Shown one piece after another: positions 52,548 through 57,391 of a DNA stretch of 57,391 bases. The stretch is taken from positions 1 through 57,391 of the forward strand of contig JAZDDV010000021.1 of assembly GCA_043809425.1 (NCBI GenBank). The letters run 5' to 3'. The stretch comes from Candidatus Micrarchaeota archaeon (GTDB lineage Archaea; Micrarchaeota; Micrarchaeia; Anstonellales; Bilamarchaeaceae). The notes under the pieces are model-generated. The model saw nothing but the letters and a program-made list of their open reading frames with translations. It was not told the origin of the DNA and searched no databases. Positions within the stretch are counted from its first letter, which is position 1. Each line of letters begins with the position of its first letter. The position numbers were made by a program, and so were the translations under genes.

Positions 52548-53003
52548 TTGGTGATATTGATGAGAAAGCAGTATGGAAAAATATTCGCAGGTGCTGGTCA
52601 GGGTGAAAAGGTTGCTAGATATACTAGATGGAAAGACCATTTTGGTACCACTATTTCAGAACATCTTGCACCTGCGCTTGATTCCAAGGCCGGAAAAAAG
52701 CTAGTTCTTGAAGCTAAAGATGCGGGCGGAAACGTTGTTGCAACAAAGGTTATAGAAGAGAGAAAAGAGAATAAGAAATTTTGGATTGCAACAGCCACGG
52801 CGCTAATTGGCGCAACTGTAGTGGCTTCTGCTGAACGCATTATTCAAGCTACTGGCAGTTTCACGTTTGGAATGGTCGTCGCAGCTGTAGGCACAACAAT
52901 AGTCGTAGGTGGCTTTATCATGTCAATAGTAACTGGCCACAGACTGAGTAGAATCGAAGAGGCAGAAAAAAGATTGAGAGATTCGGAAACTAAAGAACAG
53001 TAA
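52548..53003 (+). CDS. small membrane protein (2 TM)
   Basis: 151 aa with two hydrophobic helices (FWIATATALIGATVVA, FGMVVAAVGTTIVVGGFIMSIV). The start is ambiguous (TTG 52548, GTG 52551 or ATG 52560). A CTATTTAAAAACC box lies about 30 nt upstream of 52548. Confidence 0.45.
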   Translation: MVILMRKQYGKIFAGAGQGEKVARYTRWKDHFGTTISEHLAPALDSKAGKKLVLEAKDAGGNVVATKVIEERKENKKFWIATATALIGATVVASAERIIQATGSFTFGMVVAAVGTTIVVGGFIMSIVTGHRLSRIEEAEKRLRDSETKEQ

Positions 53004-53091
53004 TTCTTTTCTGATTTTTATATTTTTAATTTCAAGTGAGCGTCAGCATTATAAAACTTTTTGACAGATAGACTACAAGAGGTTGGGTTAG

Positions 53092-54015
53092 ATGGCACTA
53101 AACTTAAAAGGAAAACATTTGCTGACGGATTTTGATTTTACGAAAGAGCAGTATGAAGAGCTGCTGCAGCTGGCATTGAAGATGAAAAAAGGCGAAGTGA
53201 AAAAACAGCTGCCAGGCAAGTCATTGATAATGATGTTCCAGAAGCCGTCCACGCGCACGCGACTTTCTTTTGAAATAGGAATGACGCGGCTTGGCGGCCA
53301 TGCAGTATTCCTTGATTTGGGCACAACGCAGCTTGGACGCGGCGAAACGATTGCTGATACGGCCCGCGTCATGGCAAGGTATGCTGATATAGTAATGGCA
53401 AGGCTGAACTCCCAAAAAGACCTGGAAGAAATAGCGAAATATTCGAAAGTGCCTGTAATTAACGCGCTGACAGACATGTACCATCCGTGCCAGATAATGG
53501 CTGATTTGCTGACTGTACTTGAGCACAAGGGCAAGATTGCAGGCTTGAAAGTAGTATTCCTTGGCGACTGCGGCTTCAATATGTTTAATTCAACGGCAAT
53601 CGGCTTCAGCAAGCTTGGCGCAGACGTCTATGGCGGCTGCCCAGACAAGCCGGAATACAGGATGAAACCGGAACTGCTGGAAAAAGCAAGAAAGCAAGGC
53701 AGTGGAAAAATAGTACTCACAGCAGATGCAATTGAAGCGATAAAGGATGCAGATGTCGTAATGACTGATACCTGGGTTTCCATGGGCCAGAAAGACGAGG
53801 ATAAGCGAATCAAAGAGCTTATGCCTTACCAGGTTAATCCTGAGCTTATGAAGCATGCGAAGCCTGATGCGGTATTCATGCACTGCCTGCCTGCACACCG
53901 CGGCCAGGAAGTGCTTGACGCAGTAGCCGATTCTAAACAATCAGTAATCTTCGACCAGGCTGAGAACAGGCTTCATGCGCAGAATGCCATAATGGTTGCT
54001 TTGCTTGGTGTATAA
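53092..54015 (+). CDS. argF: ornithine carbamoyltransferase
   Basis: STRTRLSFE, HPCQ, TDTWVSMG and FMHCLPA motifs. 307 aa. Confidence 0.9.
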   Translation: MALNLKGKHLLTDFDFTKEQYEELLQLALKMKKGEVKKQLPGKSLIMMFQKPSTRTRLSFEIGMTRLGGHAVFLDLGTTQLGRGETIADTARVMARYADIVMARLNSQKDLEEIAKYSKVPVINALTDMYHPCQIMADLLTVLEHKGKIAGLKVVFLGDCGFNMFNSTAIGFSKLGADVYGGCPDKPEYRMKPELLEKARKQGSGKIVLTADAIEAIKDADVVMTDTWVSMGQKDEDKRIKELMPYQVNPELMKHAKPDAVFMHCLPAHRGQEVLDAVADSKQSVIFDQAENRLHAQNAIMVALLGV

Positions 54016-54112
54016 AAAGAACTCTACGATCGGGGTAGCAACAGACGGCATCAGAATATTTAAATAACATGTGTTATTTTAAAATAACAAATCTAAACAA
54101 AAAGATTTATAA

Positions 54113-54694
54113 ATGACATATGTTATATATAAAAATATGATTGAAAAATACGCCCTTCTTCTGGCAATGAGAGAGGTGTTGCAAAATCCGCAAAAGGATT
54201 ATTCGGTGCGTGAGCTTGCCAGAGCAACCGGCCTTAGCGTTTTTGCCAGCAAGCAAACATTGGATTATCTTCTGCAGAAAAAGATGATAACACTTAAAAA
54301 AATAGGGAAAACCTACCAATATAGAGCTGTCCTTGAAAATTTCTTGACAAGGCAATGGAAGGTCATATTCTCCTTAGAAGAGTTGGACAAATCAATGATA
54401 GTAGAGAGAATTCTGAAAACAAACAAAGGCATATTGAGCATAGTGCTCTATGGAAGCGCTGCCATAGGAAGGGATGACGGGGACAGTGATATTGACATGC
54501 TTGTGATAGCTGATACTACGGCAGAAGGGAAAAAGGCAATAGCTTCCCAGGCGAGGGGAACCGTGAAGGAAGTAAACATCTCTGTTTACACCCCTGAGGA
54601 ATGGAGAAAAAAAGCAGCCATTGATAAAATTTTCTATGAAAATGTAATAATAAATTCCATACCGCTTTATGGTGAAAAGCCGGTGGCGCTATGA
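54113..54694 (+). CDS. nucleotidyltransferase (MNT-like) with N-terminal wHTH
   Basis: LYGSAAIGRDDGDSDIDMLVI matches the GSx(n)DxD minimal nucleotidyltransferase motif. It is paired with the downstream HEPN gene by a 4-nt overlap. Confidence 0.7.
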   Translation: MTYVIYKNMIEKYALLLAMREVLQNPQKDYSVRELARATGLSVFASKQTLDYLLQKKMITLKKIGKTYQYRAVLENFLTRQWKVIFSLEELDKSMIVERILKTNKGILSIVLYGSAAIGRDDGDSDIDMLVIADTTAEGKKAIASQARGTVKEVNISVYTPEEWRKKAAIDKIFYENVIINSIPLYGEKPVAL

Positions 54695-55137
54695 CAGACC
54701 TGAATGAAAATGTCAGAAAAATACCTTCGGACAGGAAAAGGGCCCTTAACTCACTTAAAATGGCAGAGCACAAGCTTGAGAGGGCAAAAGCAGACTTGGG
54801 CAATAACTGCTATGAAGACTCGCTGATCAACGCCTACACTTCCATGTTTCATTCGGCTAGGGCTCTGCTCTTCAGGGACGGCTACAAGGAAAAAAATCAT
54901 TATGGCCTTTGCATGTACATACGGGAAAAATACCATGGCCTGCTTGAAATGAGATACATAAACGAATTGAATACTCTCAGAACAATACGGCATAAAATAA
55001 TATACGGCGATGAAGACGTTAACATCAGGGAAGTTCAGGAAGCTGAAACCAAAAGTGCCATAGAACTTGCAGCTGGTTTCCTGAATGCTGTCAAAAAACT
55101 GATAGAAGGAAATCCCCAGAAGAATGAGCAGGAATAG
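54691..55137 (+). CDS. HEPN-domain protein
   Basis: 148 aa and all-helical. It has a YYEDS-like N-terminal HEPN helix (CYEDSLINAYTSMFHSARALL) and an R-x-x-x-H-type motif (LRTIRHKIIYGD). It is adjacent to the MNT gene. Confidence 0.65.
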   Translation: MTDLNENVRKIPSDRKRALNSLKMAEHKLERAKADLGNNCYEDSLINAYTSMFHSARALLFRDGYKEKNHYGLCMYIREKYHGLLEMRYINELNTLRTIRHKIIYGDEDVNIREVQEAETKSAIELAAGFLNAVKKLIEGNPQKNEQE

Positions 55138-55195
55138 GGCAGAACGAAACCTATTTATTCTTATTTATGGTTATAGAGATGAAGAGGGTGGTAAT

Positions 55196-56560
55196 TTGAG
55201 TTCTATAGACGATGTTTTGAAGTATATAGCCACAAACGAAATCAGATGGATTGACTTCCAGTTCCTTGGCATGGACGGCGCGCTGCACAGGACTACTGTT
55301 TCCAACAGGAAGCTTGATGAAAGCAGCTTTGGCAAGGGCATTCGGACAGCTGACCTGCGCGAAGTATTCGGTGAAACGGCACAAGGCGAGCTAGTACTGC
55401 TGCCGGATCCGGATACGCTGGCAAGGCTGCCGTGGGAGCCGTCTACCGTAAGACTGCTCTGCGACGTAATAGCAATGCCGAGCGCAGAAAAATACGCAAA
55501 GGATTCAAGGACTATTTCAGACCGCATTGAAACAAACCTGCAGGCTGCAGGCATCAATGAAGCGAAAATCGGCGTTGATGCAGACTGCTACGTTTTCGAT
55601 ACAGTCACCATGGAAAAGATAAGCATCGGAAGAGGCGCCGGCGCTTTGCTCGATTCAAGGGAAGCCAAGTGGGGCCCATCTCCATTGACATTCGACAATG
55701 GCGCTTACGTAAGCCAGCCCTATGATTCGCTTTATGCGGCACGCGGCCAGATTGCAGAAACGCTGGAAGACAACTTCGGCGTAATGGTTGACGGCCACTG
55801 GCACGGCACTGGCTCTACTGGGCAACAGACATTCCAGCTGGGCGAACGCGGTGTGAAGTCGGCAGCAGATGCCTTCAACACATTGAAATTCGTAGTAAGG
55901 AACCTGGCCAGCGCAGTCAACGTATCAGCCACGTTCATGCCCTACCCGGTGGAAGGCGAAAAAGGCAATGACCTGGAGATGTCGCTCAGCCTTTGGAAAA
56001 CTTCTGAAAACAATTTGTTCTACGATGCAGAAGACAAGTACGCGCAAATAAGCCAGAACGGCAGGTACTTCATCGGCGGATTGCTGGAGCATGCAAGATC
56101 TCTTGCCCTATTCACTTCGCCATTGCCGAATTCCTACAGAAGGCTTGCAGCTGCAAACTTTACTGTCGGCTGGAGCGCAACCAAAAGCAACGCACTCGTA
56201 TTCGTTCCGTTCTCGAGGAAGAATGCCAAGGAGCTTAAGCGCGTGGTTTACCGCGGCTCAGACTCATCTGTCAACGCGCATCTTGCCTATGCGGCAGTGC
56301 TCGCAGCAGGCCTTGACGGCATAAAAAGCAAGATAGACCCGGGCGACCCGAGCGAGGAAGAAGGCAAGAAGAAAAAGGAAATCGCACTGCCTGAGAACCT
56401 CTACGAAGCAATAGAATCGCTGGAAAGCGACATAAAATTCATCAAGGGCATTGCGCCTCCTGAATATCTGGAGAGCTACCTGGAGATGAAGCTCAGGCAG
56501 CACAAGGAAGACAAAACTGCGGTCAGCATGGACGACCACAGGCGGTATTACAACATCTAG
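55196..56560 (+). CDS. glutamine synthetase-like protein with substituted catalytic motifs
   Basis: GS fold landmarks are present: IRWIDFQF, NSYRRL, and AHLAYAAVLAAGLDG (NPYLA...AGLDG-like). I chose the TTG at 55196 because GAGGGTGG lies 5 nt upstream. The ORF track begins at 55124, overlapping the HEPN gene. Confidence 0.7.
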   Translation: MSSIDDVLKYIATNEIRWIDFQFLGMDGALHRTTVSNRKLDESSFGKGIRTADLREVFGETAQGELVLLPDPDTLARLPWEPSTVRLLCDVIAMPSAEKYAKDSRTISDRIETNLQAAGINEAKIGVDADCYVFDTVTMEKISIGRGAGALLDSREAKWGPSPLTFDNGAYVSQPYDSLYAARGQIAETLEDNFGVMVDGHWHGTGSTGQQTFQLGERGVKSAADAFNTLKFVVRNLASAVNVSATFMPYPVEGEKGNDLEMSLSLWKTSENNLFYDAEDKYAQISQNGRYFIGGLLEHARSLALFTSPLPNSYRRLAAANFTVGWSATKSNALVFVPFSRKNAKELKRVVYRGSDSSVNAHLAYAAVLAAGLDGIKSKIDPGDPSEEEGKKKKEIALPENLYEAIESLESDIKFIKGIAPPEYLESYLEMKLRQHKEDKTAVSMDDHRRYYNI

Positions 56561-56589
56561 TTTTTTCTTTTTCTTATTTTTTCTTATTT
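56561..56589 (+). terminator. oligo-T tract after the GS-like gene
   Basis: TTTTTTCTTTTTCTTATTTTTTCTTATTT lies directly after the stop codon. Archaeal terminators are typically oligo-T runs. Confidence 0.4.
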
Positions 56590-56629
56590 CAACACATTTA
56601 AAAACTCATTTTACCATAGTATAAATCAG

Positions 56630-57220
56630 GTGGTTAGGATGAAGGCAATAAATTATCATGACCTAAGGACTGAAAATAGGATTCAACTTGGCGTCCATAA
56701 AGGACTATTATTCGGGAAAAAACTCAAGGCCAGCACAGAGATTGGCGGAGTAGCCTTGAATGTTTATGCATCAGGAAAATTTTTCACCACGTATACGGTG
56801 ATGGTAGATTCAAGAGGACTTTGCGGCAAACTTAACAACATAGCTAAGGGTAAAAAAGAGTGGGCGGAAGAAAAGACCGATCCGGGCAGCATACCATCTC
56901 CGTTTCCGTATACCACGGCCCCGACTAAAGTGGATATGTCATTCGAGACCGCTTACATCAGAGGCCTAGCATTCAGAACAAATGGCAAAATGGATGCCGT
57001 ACTTCTTGAAACCAGGGAAAAAGCAGAGAAAATCGTTAAGGAACTAAAAGAAAACGGCGAAATAACAGATGCCGTGACGGAAAGCATAACCAGGGCGAAT
57101 CTGAATAACGCACTTTTCAAGCTTATTGATGCGCTTCAAATGATTTCATTGGGATACGGGCGGGATGTAAGCAAGGATAAACTGATTGCAGCTGCAGGCC
57201 TGGACAAGCAACTAATATGA
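56630..57220 (+). CDS. hypothetical protein
   Basis: 196-aa ORF. An ACATTTAAAAACTC box is at 56594-56607. The likely start is the ATG at 56639, preceded by AGGTGG. Confidence 0.45.
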   Translation: MVRMKAINYHDLRTENRIQLGVHKGLLFGKKLKASTEIGGVALNVYASGKFFTTYTVMVDSRGLCGKLNNIAKGKKEWAEEKTDPGSIPSPFPYTTAPTKVDMSFETAYIRGLAFRTNGKMDAVLLETREKAEKIVKELKENGEITDAVTESITRANLNNALFKLIDALQMISLGYGRDVSKDKLIAAAGLDKQLI

Positions 57221-57236
57221 CGGCAAGTCCATAAAC

Positions 57237-57266
57237 ATACATTTAAAAACACTTACATACACTATA
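57237..57266 (+). promoter_or_regulatory. TATA box plus conserved downstream block, second copy
   Basis: See 7453-7482. The TATA is 30 nt upstream of the ATG at 57272. Confidence 0.55.
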
Positions 57267-57271
57267 ATAGT

Positions 57272-57391
57272 ATGGCTGCCGTAAATGTTTTATCGGGAAG
57301 CGACCAAGTTCGTAACCGGCTGATTGAGCAGAGAAACGTGCAGCCACAAAAACCTTCTCTTGGAAAACACAAAACGGTTACAGATGCAAGA
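57272..57391 (+). CDS. hypothetical protein, 5' fragment (continues beyond window)
   Basis: The ATG is 30 nt downstream of a TTTAAAAACACTT box and the frame is open to the window end. Confidence 0.3.
   Translation, partial: MAAVNVLSGSDQVRNRLIEQRNVQPQKPSLGKHKTVTDAR

Noticed and set aside
1-57391. Search for CRISPR arrays, rRNA/tRNA genes, IS elements, integrases or prophage hallmarks
   Set aside because: Reading the intergenic regions, I found no regularly spaced direct repeats, no cloverleaf-like tRNA candidates, no transposase, integrase or capsid-like ORFs, and no long inverted terminal repeats. This is a by-eye scan only; tRNAscan-SE, Infernal and CRISPR finders should confirm it.

Overview
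This window looks like an archaeal chromosomal segment, probably from a small-genome, DPANN-like lineage (lineage is inference). Support for archaeal origin: ftsZ, gyrB/gyrA, an archaemetzincin-like protease, a translin-like protein, a KaiC/RadA-like ATPase, and many TTTAAAAA-type TATA boxes about 30 nt upstream of start codons, which implies mostly leaderless mRNAs. Recognisable housekeeping genes are gyrB (3' part), gyrA, tdh, kbl, msrB, ftsZ, hisG, hisS, argF and a divergent glutamine-synthetase-like gene. They are interspersed with many lineage-specific hypothetical proteins and three small toxin-antitoxin-like pairs. The main finding is a 16 kb locus (27500-43500). Its minus strand carries a translationally coupled seven-gene operon: six mutually paralogous polytopic membrane proteins with shared motifs, followed by a 1674-aa secreted cysteine-rich giant protein ending in five tandem Cys-module repeats. 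A 1127-aa membrane-anchored coiled-coil protein is transcribed divergently from a 95-bp bidirectional promoter. I see no ATPase, transporter or pilin signature, so I treat it as a candidate undescribed cell-envelope apparatus. Other notable items:
- a 1438-aa glycosylation-sequon-rich beta-helix/LamG surface protein;
- a small protein with a ribosomal-stalk-like C-terminal tail;
- a decayed histidine-biosynthesis cluster (short hisG without an in-frame start, hisS, a truncated degenerate HisA-like gene) preceded by duplicated 32-nt SD/start cassettes;
- an msrA remnant;
- two paralogous atypical kinase-like proteins;
- a shared promoter/operator box in front of at least four unrelated genes.
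I found no rRNA, tRNA, CRISPR array, transposase or integrase.
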